A DNA stretch of 64,000 bases from positions 12,534,406 through 12,598,405 of the forward strand of contig JAHRHZ010000009.1 of NCBI GenBank assembly GCA_024137785.1. The letters run 5' to 3'. A model generated the notes under the pieces. That model was not told the DNA's origin. It made no database searches and saw only the letters and a program-made list of their open reading frames with translations. The stretch's first letter is position 1. Every line of letters begins with the position of its first letter. This document shows positions 11,426 through 24,318 of this stretch, piece by piece. The translations under genes were made by a program, and so were the position numbers. The stretch is from Ginglymostoma cirratum. Its lineage: Eukaryota.

Positions 11426-13656
11426 CTACTGAAAACAACAAATTCTGGAGATCACAGTGAGTCAAATAGCATCCATGGAGAGAACAAACTAACATTTCAA
11501 GTCTAGATGACTCTTCATCGGAGCTGGTGAAGTGTGGAGGAAACAAGGTGTAGAGCTGGATGAACACAGCAGGCCAAGCAGCATCAGAGAAGCAGGAAAG
11601 CTGACATTTCGGCCTAGACCCTTCTTCAGAAATGGGGGAGGGGAAGGGGATTCTGAAATAAATAGGGAGAGAGTGGGAGGCTGATAGAAGATAGATAATG
11701 GAGAAGATAGGTGGAGAGGAGACAGACAAGTTAAAGAGGCAGGGGTGGAGCAAGTAAAGGTGAGTGTAGGTGTGGAGGTAGGGAGGGGATAGGTCAGTCC
11801 AGGGAGGATGGACAGGTCAAGGGGGAGGGATGAGGCCAGTAGGTAGGAGATGGGGGTGGGGCTTGAGGTAGGAGGAGGGGATAGGTGAGAGGAAGGTCAG
11901 GTTCGGGAGGCGGGGTCAAGCTGGACTGGTTCTGGGATGTGGTTGGGGGAGGGGAGATTTTGAAGCTTGTGAAGTCCACATTGATACCATTGGACTGTAG
12001 GGTTCCCAAGTGAAATATGAGGTGCTGTTCCTGCAACCTTCGGGTGGCATCGCTGTGGCACTGCAGGAGGCCCAGGATGGACACGTCATCTGAGGAATGG
12101 GAGGGGCAGTTGAAATGGTTCATGACTGGGAGGTGCAGTCGTTTAGTGCGAACCGAGCGTAGGTGTCCTGCAAAGCGGTCCCCAAGCCTCCGCTTTGCGG
12201 AACACCTACACTCGGTCCACACTAAACAACTGCACCTCCCAGTCGCGAACCATTTCAACTCCCCCTCCCATTCCTTCGACAACATGTCCATCCTGGGCCT
12301 CCTGCAGTGCCACAATGATGCCACCCAAAGGTTGCACGAACAGTACCTCATATTTTGCTTGGGAACCCTGTAGCCCAATGGTATCAATGTGGACTTCACA
12401 AGCTTCAAAATCTCCCCTCTCCCAACCGCATCCCAAAACCAGCCCAGCTTGTCCCTGCCTCCCCAACCTGTCCTTCCTCCCACTTAAAGCCCCATCCCCA
12501 TCTCCTACCTATTAGTCTCATCCCACCCCCTTGACCTGTCTGTCCTCTCTGGACTGACCTATCCCCTCCCTAACTTCCCACCTTCACTCACCTTTAGTGG
12601 CTCCACACCCACCTCTTTAACCTGTCTGTCTCCTCTCCACCTATCTTCTCCATTATCCATCTTCTGTCCGCCTGCCCCTCTCTATTTATTTCAGAATCCC
12701 CTTCCCCTCTCCCATTTCTGAAGAAGGGTCTAGGCCCGAAACGTCAGCCTTCCTGCTCCTCTGATGCTGCCTGGCCTGCTGTGTTCATCCAGCTCGACAC
12801 CTTGTTATCTCAGATTCTCCAGCATCTGCAGTTCCTACTATCTCTGGAAAGGACGGTAATTGAGATGGGGCCACGGTGAGGACCTGATAACAAGCTAAAC
12901 AAAAGGAAAAACAGTTCACAATTTAATTGAAATCAGTATTAAGTCCAGAGGTCTGTAAAGTACCTAGTCTGAAGATGAGGTGTTGTTATTCCAGTTTGTG
13001 CTGTCATTCACTGGAACACTGCAGCATGCTGAGGACAGACAGGTGGGCATGCGAGCAGTCCGCAGCATTAAAATGACCTGCCACGGGAAGGTGGGGGTCA
13101 TGGTTGTGCACAGACCGGAGGTATTCTGCAAAGCAGTCACCTGGTCTGCATTTGGTTTCTCCAATGTAGAGTAGACCATATTGGGTGCAGTGAATACATA
13201 CACAAGTTTGGAGGTGGTACAGGTGAAATGCTGCTTCACCTGGAAAGACTGTTTAGGCCCGTGGAGGGTAAGACGGAGGAGGTGAGGGGGCAAGTGTTTT
13301 AATTGTGAATTTTTAAATTGTGGACAATTTATTCCTTTTAGCTTGTTATCATGCTTCCCCTCCCCCCATCCCAGTTACTACCCTTTCAAATCTAGCAGGA
13401 GACACACCATCATTCTGTCATTCTCATATTCTGATCTCTTAATCTGAACTATTTTCTCTACCAGCATCCTGCACCCAGTACCCCCACACACCAACTCCCC
13501 ACCACCACCTCCCCAAACTATAGCATAAATGCTGTCCTCTCCACACTTCACTTCAGCTCTGATGAAAAGTCATCTAGACTTGGAAACATCAGCTTGTTCT
13601 CTCTCCATGGATGCTGGCTGACCCACTGTGATCTCCAGCATTTGTTGTTTTCAGTA
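11426..13656. mobile_element. PLE family 2 inverted-pLTR insertion inside a CR1 3' end, itself carrying a family 1 insertion
   Basis: Inverted termini of about 115 bp (actgaaaacaacaaat...gtctagatgac...cagagctg); minus-strand GIY-YIG remnant at about 12930-13290 (LLYIGETK); hammerhead at 13559-13590. Confidence 0.8.
11542..12846. mobile_element. PLE family 1 inverted dimer (arms of about 650 bp)
   Basis: 11542-12195 is the reverse complement of 12190-12810 (GIY-YIG C-terminus plus pLTR); hammerheads at 11603-11629 (-) and 12718-12745 (+). Confidence 0.9.
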
Positions 13657-14059
13657 CTATATTTAGTGAAGTTTAGAAGGATGAGCAGGTTTCTCATAAA
13701 AACCTATAAAATTCTAACATGACTAGACAGGGTAAATGCAGGCAGGATGTTCTGAGGACCAGGAATCCAGGAGCAGGAGTCACACGTTAAGGAAACAGAG
13801 TCCACCATTTAGGACTAAAATGTGGAGAAATTTCTTCAATAAGAGATTGATGAGCCTGTGGATTTCTCTGCCACAGAAAGTGATTGAGGTCAAAACACTG
13901 AGTGTTTTTAAAAAGGAGTTAGAATGTTCCAGGAGCTAAAGGGATCAAAGGAGAGAAAGCAGAATGAGGTACCAAGTCGGATGGTTGGTCATGATCATAC
14001 TCCTGCTCCTATTTTCGATGTTTCTAAACTGTATGATCTTTAATTGATAAGGCTACAAT

Positions 14060-17000
14060 GGCAAACTGCATTGAAATAATTGAGCATTTGGGTTTCAAAA
14101 TTTTCCACATAAACTAGGTGTTTATGGTATGTCTATACTAGTGTCTTTGTAGCTGTGGTGAACATATGATTCAAAATGTTTAAGAACGAGTAGCAATCAT
14201 AAGGTTCTTTTTTCCACATAACTGTGTCTCTTTTTCAGTTAATTTCACTTTTTGGAAAATTATCGATGGACTTTTCTATGCCCAAACACCCCAGATCACG
14301 AGCAACAACTGTTACATTGATGGACTTTGTGAATTTTGGTGCAACCTTCATTCATCAAGTTGGCTTTCAGCTTCTGAAAAGATGCCTGTCACTCACCTGA
14401 CGACACTATCCTGGCTTTCCTTTGGAGCAAATCCATCAGTGAGCAGCTATGGTGCTGAAACTTGGTACAAACTTGTAATGTTAGCAAAAAATCCCCCAAA
14501 TCTTATTTATTCTCATTTAGTTTTATGTGTGAGGAACCTCTCTAATACTTGGACTTCAGTTGTTCTTGCCAGCACTTGTTCTTGGCTTATTGTTAACCCT
14601 AAATGGGCTCTTGGTACCTTTGCAGATTTATTTTTGGCAAGCTTTATCACGAAGTCAGCCAATTATTTCCTCAACAAAGCTTCTAATTGTTCCATGTGGT
14701 CTTTTTATATGTCACTATATCAATGCATCATCTAGGTAACCTACACAGTTAGGGCCATTGGCTACTACTTGATTCATCAGCTTTTGGAAAGTAGCTGAAG
14801 CAATCTTTAATCTAAATGACATCACTCAGCATTGGCAAAAACTGACTGATGTAACAAAGGTCAATATTTCTTCAGCACTGGACATTAAAGGAGCTTGCCA
14901 GTATTCCTTTAACAAATCTACTTTGGTAATAAATCCAGCACTAACAACCCTATCAATCTACTTCATCCTCAGTATTCTCTTACAACTGTACTGGCTTATT
15001 CTTCTTCCAACAATATTACTTCAATGTATTGATGCAATACAGCCGATGTTTTTTCAGCCAATCTAGGGTGTTAATCAAATAATTTACCACTCCATTTAAC
15101 TCTCCTGTAAGGAACATTGAACTCTCCTTTTTATAGCCCATCCCTAATTGCCCAGAGGGCAGTTAAGAGTCAACCACATCGACCAGACGATGAGAGTTTC
15201 CTTCCCTAAAGGACATTAGTTAATCTAATGGTTTTTTACTCCCCAAACAATTGGCAGTGGATTCACAGTCATCGTTTGACTCTTAATTTCAGATTTTTCT
15301 TGAATTCAAGTTCATGGCAGATTTGAATCCAGGTCCCCAGAACATTACCTGGGTCTCTGGATTAATAGTCCAGTGATAATACCTTTAGGCCATCGCCTCA
15401 TGAAGATACTCATGACCATATGCCCTGATATCGTTTTGATAGTTTTGTGGTACTTTCCTAAAGTCCCTTGTGTTTATGGGAGGAATGCTTAACTCTTTCA
15501 CTATGTTATGCCAAGATTACACATAAGCTATTGAAAAAGTTCAGATATGAAATTTGGAACCTTGATCTATCAGCAATCGATATTGAATGATGAACTGGGT
15601 CAGCTTCTCTGTCACTGTCTTGGTAATGAATACTACATTGTTTTCAAGGACATGGGATTTTCGAATTGAGTAGCTGTATCCCTGAGAGTAAGAATATACT
15701 GGTGTCCTGTTGTTGTTTTTGTTACATGTCCCACACAATCCACCAATACCCTAATTTGGGGACAAAATGTGCCAGATTTATTGCATGCAATGGCTTTCCC
15801 ACAAACTGGCATGTACAGCATGCTTCATAAAATTGCATCACATCCCTGTGAAGACCTGGCCAGTAAAAATGTTGACTTAAGCATGCTGGTTCTTCCATTT
15901 CCTGCATATTCTGCTGCAAGAAGTTCATTGGCTATCCTTGATATCTCTTGATGATATTTAGGTTACACTACCAACTGGTGCACACTTCGTCCACAGGTCT
16001 CCACTGCCTTATCAGAGTTCCATATTTCACATAATAGCAATAAATGCTGACCCACATGAGTGAAAGAAATAAATTCTGGAACTCCCTTGACTTCAATTTC
16101 AGCTTGAGCAAATTGTGCTATTTTACTTAACTCTGGATCAGTTTGCTCAGTCTCAATTAGTGGAGACTTATTGAAAATTTTCTTTGAATTCTCTAAATGC
16201 AAAAGAAAGTGTGAGATAGACAAATATCTGTTTTTTCCCTTCTGATGATAGACATTATTTAGCCAATGCTTGGGTCACTACACAGGAAGGAAAAGTTCCT
16301 GGAAGTTTTTATTAGTAATTGGTCTATTTTCATTGTTTCACTTGACCTTCCCTACTGTAGTTACTACTGGAGAAGGTACTACCTTCTTTCCTGTCAAACT
16401 ATTCCTAGGAATACATCAACTGTATTTCAAGGTAAGCTATGGACAATCCCAATAGGTAACTTTCCAGGCATTAGGTCACATTCCAGGTGCACCCAACACA
16501 AAGGTATGTGTATATACTGGCCACTATCATCTTTTACTAACCTTAATGTTCATGTCACTCTTTAGTAGCTATGTCATGCCTTTACACAACAAAGTGGCTC
16601 CTATAACCTAAAAATAACTATAGGGTTACTCGCCTCATTTGAGAAATAAGTTCCATCCCATTTTGAAGAATTCACTGTAACTCTTCTGTGACATGTTTAC
16701 TTGCCCACGCTCAGTGTTTGTACTTAGCCTCACACCTCCAGTCAGAGCAACATCTTGGTCTGGTTTACTCTCAGTCAGATGTTCTCTCTTTACATTAACC
16801 TGCATTCTCCACGTTAATTAAGGGATTAATCAAGAACAGTCAGCATGGTTTTGTTAAGGGGACGCTCATGCCTGAACTTTTCAAACAAGTTACCTGTTGT
16901 GCAGGTGAGAGCAATGCTTTTGATGAAGTCAACTTAGGTTTTAGCAAGGTTTTTGGTTAAGTGCCACAAAGGTCCATGGCATCCAAAGAAATTTGATTAA

Positions 17001-18350
17001 ATGGATACAACAATTGGCTGAGTGGCAGGATGCAGAGGGTGATGGTCAAGGGGTGATTTTCCAACTGGAAGTCGCTGTCCAGTGGGGTCCTACAGGGATC
17101 AGCGTCAGAGCTCTTGCTATTTGGGGTTTGTATAAATGATTTAGATTTGAATGTAGGAGGGTTGATCAGAAAGGTTGCTGATGATACAAAAATTGGTGGA
17201 ATGGTAAGTGGTGAGGAGGATAGCACTAGGTTAAAAAGGATATAGATGGGACTGGTCAGGTGGACTGATCAGTGGCAAATGGAATTTAATCTGGACATAT
17301 GTGAGGTAATGCATTTGGGCAGAACAAGGCAAAGGAATACATGATGAATGGTTAGACCCTGGAAAGCACAAAGGATCAGAGGGACCTTGCTATGTGTAAG
17401 GTATCAGAACAGATGTAGAAAGTGGTTCAGAAGGCATATGGTATACTTGCTTTTAATAGCTGAGACAGAGTTTAAGAGCAGGGAAGGTTACGTTAGAACT
17501 GTCTAAAATGTTGGTTAGGCCACAGTTGGAGTATTATGTGCTGTTCACATTATAGGACAGATGTGATAGCACAGATGATGCAAATGAGATTTACCAGGAT
17601 GTAGTCTGGGCTGGAGAGTTTCAATAATGAAGACAGATTGACTGGGGTTGTTTTCCTTTGAGCAGGGGAGTTTGAGAGGGGATTAAGATGCATGAAATAG
17701 TGAGGAGTATAGATAGGGTATATTCCTTTAATGGAGGGGTCAATGACATATATTTGTGGTATAGGACAGGTTTAGAAGAAATGCAAGGAAAATCTTTTTC
17801 ACTCAGACAGTGATGGAAATCTGGAAGTCACTACCTGTAAAGGGTGGTAGACACAGAAGCCCCCATAATATTTAAAGAGTATTTAAATGTGCATTTACAA
17901 TGCCAAGGTGTACAAGGCTAGGGCTAAGAATTAAAGTGGTGGTGGTTTTTGACGAATTTGGACACGATGGGTCGAAGCACCTTTTTCTGTGCTGCAGATC
18001 TCTATGATTCTATAACCTTGTAACCCATGGCTTTATGTTGCAACTTTTAGTAATCTGCCTGAAGATGTCCCACCTTGCGACAATGGCCCTTCAGATATCA
18101 CTTACACCCTGACACCTCCCTTTTGGACCTTACAAAAAGATCCTGAGGCATTTCTAGCTGCACCTTCTCACCTCTAGCTGCTTGCCTTCATTTCATCCTG
18201 TCACCTTCTATTCTTAGCTTTGTGCAGGCAATGGAAAAATTTGTGGATCAGCTCATTAGCATTAGCCATCTCCACTCTCTATTGCTGCTACAAACCTCTG
18301 GTTTTCTGTGTACATTCTTATTAGTGTCTATGACTAAGTCACCCTGGAAA
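14060..18350 (-). mobile_element. Decayed Gypsy-type LTR retrotransposon internal region, Gmr1-like order; interrupted by SINE and CR1
   Basis: Integrase zinc-binding remnant QHFYWPGLHRDVMQFYEACCTCQFVGKP (about 15.8 kb) lies 5' of RT remnants VMSFRLKIASATFQKLMNQ and YLDD (about 14.7-14.8 kb). Confidence 0.7.
16820..18015 (+). mobile_element. CR1 LINE RT and 3' end inserted into the Gypsy remnant
   Basis: SGVLQGS and KVADDTKIGG remnants; tail ctatgattcta. Confidence 0.85.
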
Positions 18351-18754
18351 CAGTTCCTTAAAAAGCGTATTGACAATCCAAAGCTGTAGCTCGAAGATAA
18401 TAACCATGATAATTATCATTAATTTTGTAAAAACTTATATAGTTCAGTATTGTCCTTTAATAAGGGCAATCTGCATTAGTTTTCTCCCATTCTAATATTT
18501 CCCATCCTGATCTTTTAATTAAATTTTGTTGCTTCTTATATTTTGTCCTATCTTCTGACTTGTCATCCACCTTTGTACCATTAATGGATTTTTCTTTAAG
18601 TTTTATAATACCTATTTCTTCCCCACCCAAAAAAAGTTTCTGCTTACCACAGAGGCTCAACCTGATAGAAAGCCAACACAAATAGAATATTCAGGTCCAA
18701 GTTAGAAAGTGTCCAGTTTGCAAAAATTCATACACCTCCTGGCCAGCATGTTCG

Positions 18755-20460
18755 TCAATTGTCTTCACAGTGGAAGACATGAGTAATATCCCAACAATTA
18801 AGGAGAGTCAGGGGGCAGAGTTGAGTATGGTAGGTATTACAAAAGAGAAAGTGCTAGAAAAGCTAAAAGGTCTGAAAATTGATAAATCTCCTGGCCCCGA
18901 TGGGCTGCATCCTAGAGTTCTGAGGGAGGTGGCTGAGGAAATAGCAGAGGCGTTGGTTGTGATCTTTCAAAAGTCACTGGAGTCAGGGCAAGTCCCAGAA
19001 GATTGGAAAATCGCTATTGTAACCCCCTTGTTTAAGAAAGGATGAAGACAAAAGATGGAAAATTATAGGCCGATTAGCCTAACCTCAGTTGTTGGTAAAA
19101 TTCTAGAATCTATCATTAAGGATGAGATTTCTAAATTCTTGGAAGTGCAGGGTCGGATTAGAACAGGTCAGCATGGATTTAGTAAGGGGAGGTCGTGTCT
19201 GACAAACCTGTTAGAATTCTTTGAAGAGGTAACAAGTAGGTTAGACCAGGGAAACCCAGTGGATGTTATCTATCTAGACTTCCAAAAGGCCTTTGATAAG
19301 GTGCCTCACGGGAGGCTGCTGAGTAAGGTGAGGGCCCATGGTGTTCAAGGTGAGTTACTGGCATGGATTGAGGATTGGCTGTCTGACAGAAGGCAGAGAG
19401 TTGGGATAAAAGGCTCTTTTTTGGAATGGCAACCAGTGACAAGTGGTGTCCCGCAGGGTTCAGTGTTGGGGCCGCAGCCATTCACCTTATATATTAATGA
19501 TCTGGATGAAGGGACTGGGGGCATTCTGGCAAAGTTTGCTGATGATACAAAGTTGGGCGGACAGGCAGGTAGTACGGAGGAGGTGGGGAGGCTGCAGAAT
19601 GATTTAGACAGTTTCGGAGAGTGGTCCAGGAAATGGCTGCTGAAATTCAACGTGAGCAAATGCAAGGTCTCGCACCTTGGAAAAAAGAATACAGGCATGG
19701 ACTATTTTCTGAACAGTGAGAAAATTCATAAAGCCGAAGTACAAAGGGATCTGGGAGTGCTAGTACAGGATTCTCTAAAGGTTAACTTGCAGGTTGAGTC
19801 CGTGATTAAGAAAGCGAATGGAATGTTGTCATTTATCTCAAGAGGGTTGGAATATAAAAGCATTTATGTGCTTCTGAGACTTTATAAAGCTCTAGTTAGG
19901 GCCCATTTAGAATACTGTGTCCAATTTTGGGCCCCACACCTTAGGAAGGACATACTGGCACTGGAGCGTGTCCAGCGGAGATTCACACGGATGATCCCTG
20001 GAATGGTAGGCCTAACATACGATGAACGAGGATCCTGCGATTGTATTCATTGGAGTTTAGAAGGTTGAGGGGAGATCTAATAGAAACTTACAAGATAATG
20101 CATGGCTTAGGAAGGGTGGACACTGGGAAGTTGTTTCCGTTAGGTGGGGATACTAGGACCCGTGGGCACAGCCTTAGAATTAGAGGGGGTCACAATTTAG
20201 AACAGAAATGAAGAGACATTTCTTCAGCCAGAGAGTGGTGGGCCTGTGGAATTCATTGCCACGGAGCGCAGTGGAGGCTGGGACGTTGAATGTCTTCAAG
20301 GCAGGAGATTGATAAATTCTTGATCTCGCAAGGAATCAAGGGCTACGGGGAGAGTGCGGGTAAGTGGAGTTGAAATGCCCATCAGCCATGATTAAATGGC
20401 GGAGTGGACCCGATGGGCCGAATGGCCTTACTTCCACTCCTATGTCTTATGGTCTTATGT
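18755..20460 (+). mobile_element. Relatively young 5'-truncated CR1 LINE (RT domain)
   Basis: SPGPDG, NYRPISLTS, YLDFQKAFDKV, GVPQGSVLGP, FADDTK; one in-frame stop (19043-19045) and a late frameshift; terminal tatggtct-like repeats. Confidence 0.95.
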
Positions 20461-20694
20461 TAGCTACCAAGTGCAGTGCCGGCCTATTCAATTCTAGTAG
20501 AAATGGGCAATAAGCCACAATGCTGTTAATCTCTTCCAACAGACAGGTTAAAATTTGCACAAGGCTCCAGTTAATTTATAAATTTTACCTGGTATTGATG
20601 TGAACCAGTTACACTAGGTAAGCAAAGTGAAGTATATCTTTTGAAGTGTTGTTTACGAACTGGATGTTTTACATAAATGTTAAATGTAGGAAGC

Positions 20695-20700
20695 TTTATT
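20695..20700 (-). terminator. Candidate polyadenylation signal AATAAA for ATP11A
   Basis: tttatt on + strand, about 390 nt downstream of the exon B stop, in non-repetitive sequence before a CR1 insertion. Confidence 0.35.
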
Positions 20701-21092
20701 AAAGGAACAGAATATAAAGTAACATCAACATACACATTGATTGCTGGCAGATTTTCCTTTTGTCGATGCTGCCTTGCTAATAATTTGATGATCAGTTTAC
20801 TGGATGTCACACAGTTTTAGTATTACCAGATGACAAAGCAGCATCATAAGGAATACAGTAAGGTTATGTAATAGTCCCAGCCACACAGTACCAGACTGTG
20901 CCTTAAAACTTTCAGTTCAGCACATGGGACTCGCTGCCCAGGAAGAATGCAGAAAGTCTTATTCAAGGTCTCAATGGATACTTGCAATGTTGGAGTCCAG
21001 AAAGATTTCTTAAGTTTTTAAGTACAGCAATCTTTCAAAAACTGGAGTCATTAAACTCAAAACCACAGGATTCAAATGTAAAGTTCTGTAGG

Positions 21093-21344
21093 CTAGACTG
21101 TAGTTTCCAAACCTGATGGAACAAAAATGTAACGAGCATCCGATGGACAATGGTTACCAGAATAGTCAAATAGTGATGGGTTATTACAATAATCATCCTC
21201 TGCCCAATACGTATGTGTCACCTTCCTGGAATCTGCAGTAGAGATAGACTTTGTTTGTTGATGGCGCCGGTAGATGTTATTTGTGTAGGTGGAACTCTGA
21301 GGAGGAGCCAGTGGGCTGAATTCTGATACACGATCCTTCTTGAT
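21093..21344 (-). CDS. ATP11A: ATP11A alternative terminal exon B, long tail (IKKDRVSEFSPLAPPQSSTY...SGLETTV*)
   Basis: Acceptor ttttgtttggtggcag, phase 0; DRVSEFSPLA resembles the mammalian long-isoform DRDSEFTPLA (recalled); 83 aa ending ETTV. Confidence 0.8.
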   Translation of the reverse strand: MKKDRVSEFSPLAPPQSSTYTNNIYRRHQQTKSISTADSRKVTHTYWAEDDYCNNPSLFDYSGNHCPSDARYIFVPSGLETTV

Positions 21345-21559
21345 CTGCCACCAAACAAAAGCGGTTATTAACTTTATCACAAACAAAATTACAGTTGGAA
21401 ATTGCCCAATTCACAATTATAGATTATTGGATTTTGAGTGCTATGGAGAATGCAAGACTGAGTGTGTTGTGGAAAGGCAGACAGTGGGGAGATTGGGGAA
21501 GGAAAGATTGTGGGAAGAGATAGAGAAGGAGAAGAATTGGTTGATACAGTGCCATAAAA

Positions 21560-22650
21560 TAGACTGTTGAGTAAAGTTATAGCTCATGGAATAAAACACG
21601 CAGTTGCAACACGGATATGGAATTACTGAGTAACAGGCAACAAAGAGGATGAACGAATGCTTAGTGTTGAAGCATGATCAGAAGTGGTATTCCCCAGGGG
21701 ACAGTTTTGGGTCCTTGCTTTTACTATACAAAATTTATATAGACCTTGGTGGACATGGCAATGTTTTAGAATTTGCAAATGATGCAAAACTTAGAAGCAC
21801 TGTGCACTCAGAGGACCGTGTCAAACTTCAAAGTGACGTAAACAAGTTTTTGGAAGGGTCAGAGGACAGAAATAGATATGTGAAGGGATTAATTACAATT
21901 GGAAGAACATAGACCACCATATAAAGAAAGGGTATGATATAGGATAGTTCTAAAGAACAGAGGGACCTTAGTGTGTGCATGCTTAAGCTATTTAAGGTTA
22001 CCAGATGGATCGAAAGGATGGTTAATAAAGCATTTAGTATCCTGGGTTCCATTAATAGGGGTATTGAATATAAAATCACGCAGGTGATGTTAAACATGTA
22101 TATTACACACTATTCTGGCCTCAATTGGAGCACTGTGTCCAGTTCTGGGCACCATGCTTTCTGAACGATGTGAAAGCATTAGAGAAAATTTAAAAAAGAT
22201 TCACGAGAATGCTTTTTGTGATGAGGCGATGCAGTTGTCAAGATAGATTTCTGCAACATAAACAGTCGTAACTTCTGCAAAGAAGAATGACAGGAGATCT
22301 GCTAAAGGTATTCAGAATTATGAAGGGTATGGACAAACTAAATAGAGAGAAACTGTTCGTAATTAGAAAAGAATTAGAATGAGAGGGTACAATTTAAAGC
22401 GATTGGCAGAAGAAGCAAAAGTGACATGAGGAAAACTTCTTCACATAGTGAGTGGTTAAGGTCTGAAGTGTGCAGGTAGAGTCAATTGATGCCTTCAAAG
22501 AGAATTAAACTGTTAGCTGACAAGGAAGAATGTGCAGGGTTACAGGCAGCTAGCAGGAAAATGATAAAAGTGCTTAATCAGAATGTTTGTGCAGATAACA
22601 TGGGCTGAATAGCCTTCTAACACACTTGAACAAATCTGTGATTCTGGGAT
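21560..22650 (+). mobile_element. Old CR1 LINE fragment
   Basis: FANDAKL and ILGSINRGIEYK remnants. Confidence 0.75.
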
Positions 22651-22711
22651 TGTGGGGCTACTGAGGAAGGGAGATCGTTGGCATTTTAGGGAAGGCAGAC
22701 TGTGGGAGTAT

Positions 22712-22781
22712 AACGTCAAGTTTTCCTGCTCCTATGATGCTGCTTGACCTGCTGTGTTCATCCAGCCCCATGCTTGTTATG
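22712..22781 (+). mobile_element. PLE pLTR fragment starting at the hammerhead cleavage site
   Basis: aacgtcaagttttcctgctcc...ttgttat; tgtgggagtata on both sides. Confidence 0.7.
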
Positions 22782-24183
22782 TGGGAGTATAGGAAATAGG
22801 TAGATTATAGGTAGTTTGGAGAAGTGAACATTATGGAAGTGTGAGGGAAGGAGAGACCGGAGAATGCTAAATTCTGGGACAATGGGTGTGGTAGGGAACA
22901 GCCGGGTAATTTAATTGAAATGCTCCTTGATGAACTGGTCTCTGGAAGCTCTAGCAGGTAGAGACACTGGTGGCTACTGCTTCTCCTCCCTCTCGTCCTC
23001 TGTATTTTTTGATATTCAAATGGCAGTAAGGGCTGGTCCATTATAGTGGCAAAACTGTAGATCAAGTAGCAAGTGACAACAAATCTGGCAACCCATTCAA
23101 GGGTGTGTTGCAAAGCTCCCCCAAATGGTACAGGCAGAGGAATCATTGCTGAGCACACTGATTGCTTACTCGATGATGTTCCTGGCAGCTTGGCTCTCAG
23201 TGTGGGCCTGATCTGTTCCCGTGTCCAGGTTTCTGACAGGAGTCAGGAGCCACATCCATAGACTATATATTTTGTCTCCCAATAGTCAGGTCTTAATCTG
23301 GAGGTCTGATTTGAATAAAGGTGACACAGAGCACTAACACAGGATGGAATTTGAGATTATATCTAGGATTGGAGCAATGCACTTAGTGAAGGAGAAATCC
23401 TCTCTGAAGATATGTTACTGGTCAAGACAGCTGTTCAATGCATTTGCCCCTGCCCCTGCCATACCCACATCCCCACCCCATTTGCTTTTTACTGCGCGTC
23501 TTGCTGAATCCCTCCCTGCAACCATAAGATTATGCATGACTGTAGCCAAACTATTTCTGAGGGAGCCAACAACAACAATGCAAAACCAGGAACATCCTTT
23601 CCTGTGCAAAGCAGACTTTCATGAATCAAAACGAAACACAAAAATGAACCCACAAGTTAAACAGTAGCCTAAGATGAGAAACAAGCAAATAAACTGAAAG
23701 TTACTATTGCTGGTGAAAGGGCACTTTTGCTGATTAATGACATTTCATGTTATGTGAAGTTAGTACATAGCGAGTATAGTAAACGGGGAGCAGGAAGCAG
23801 AAAGAAGCACAACACCTTAATTTGAAGATGGAGTTGAGATAGAAATTAGCTGTGATCTTACTCAACTGCAGACTGGTCTACTCCTGCTGCTACTTGGTCC
23901 CCAAAATGCAAAGAATGTACGCTCCATTACCTTATTTATGAGGTGTCAGAACAATTAAACTTTGGAACTCCTGGATTCCAGGTCCTGAGCCTGAACCCTC
24001 AGATAATATCTACATGCATTCTCTAGCGGTCTGATCCTAACATGTATCACCAAATGCAGAGTACTACAAATGTGGAAAATGGTTGGCCACAATCCCCGGT
24101 CCAACTCTCCTGTACCAATTGCTCATTCAGGAGCACATGCACTTGCTGCTATTTACAAGGGCCCACGGAAACCTAATGTCAGG

Positions 24184-24318
24184 CTAGGTGGCTTTTCTGG
24201 ATTCAAGATTAAATTCTGACGCTTCTGATGCAGTTTTGCCAGAGACGTGGTGCAATTTTACAAGAGTTGAGTTTTTGAGGTGTTGGCCTTTCAATTTGCT
24301 CAGAATGCGGTTAAGCTC
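24184..24318 (-). CDS. Candidate alternative terminal exon (ELNRILSKLKGQHLKNSTLVKLHHVSGKTASEASEFNLESRKAT*)
   Basis: Strong pyrimidine tract ending ttggtgtaaaag|; closes an 89-nt GT-AG intron (24319-24407); 44-codon phase-0 frame. Confidence 0.35.
   Translation of the reverse strand, partial: ELNRILSKLKGQHLKNSTLVKLHHVSGKTASEASEFNLESRKAT

Noticed and set aside
11055-12515. Overlapping ORFs of 100-230 aa
   Set aside because: Chimeric readings across SINE, CR1 and the PLE palindrome
19055-20068. 337-aa reverse transcriptase ORF as a host or novel RT gene
   Set aside because: Ordinary 5'-truncated CR1 ORF2 with an upstream stop, a terminal frameshift and a CR1 tail
22805-23310. Further tail exon (e.g. 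TSRLRPDYWETKYIVYGCGS*) or the 117-aa ORF
   Set aside because: Weak acceptor, no recognisable homology, no supporting donor
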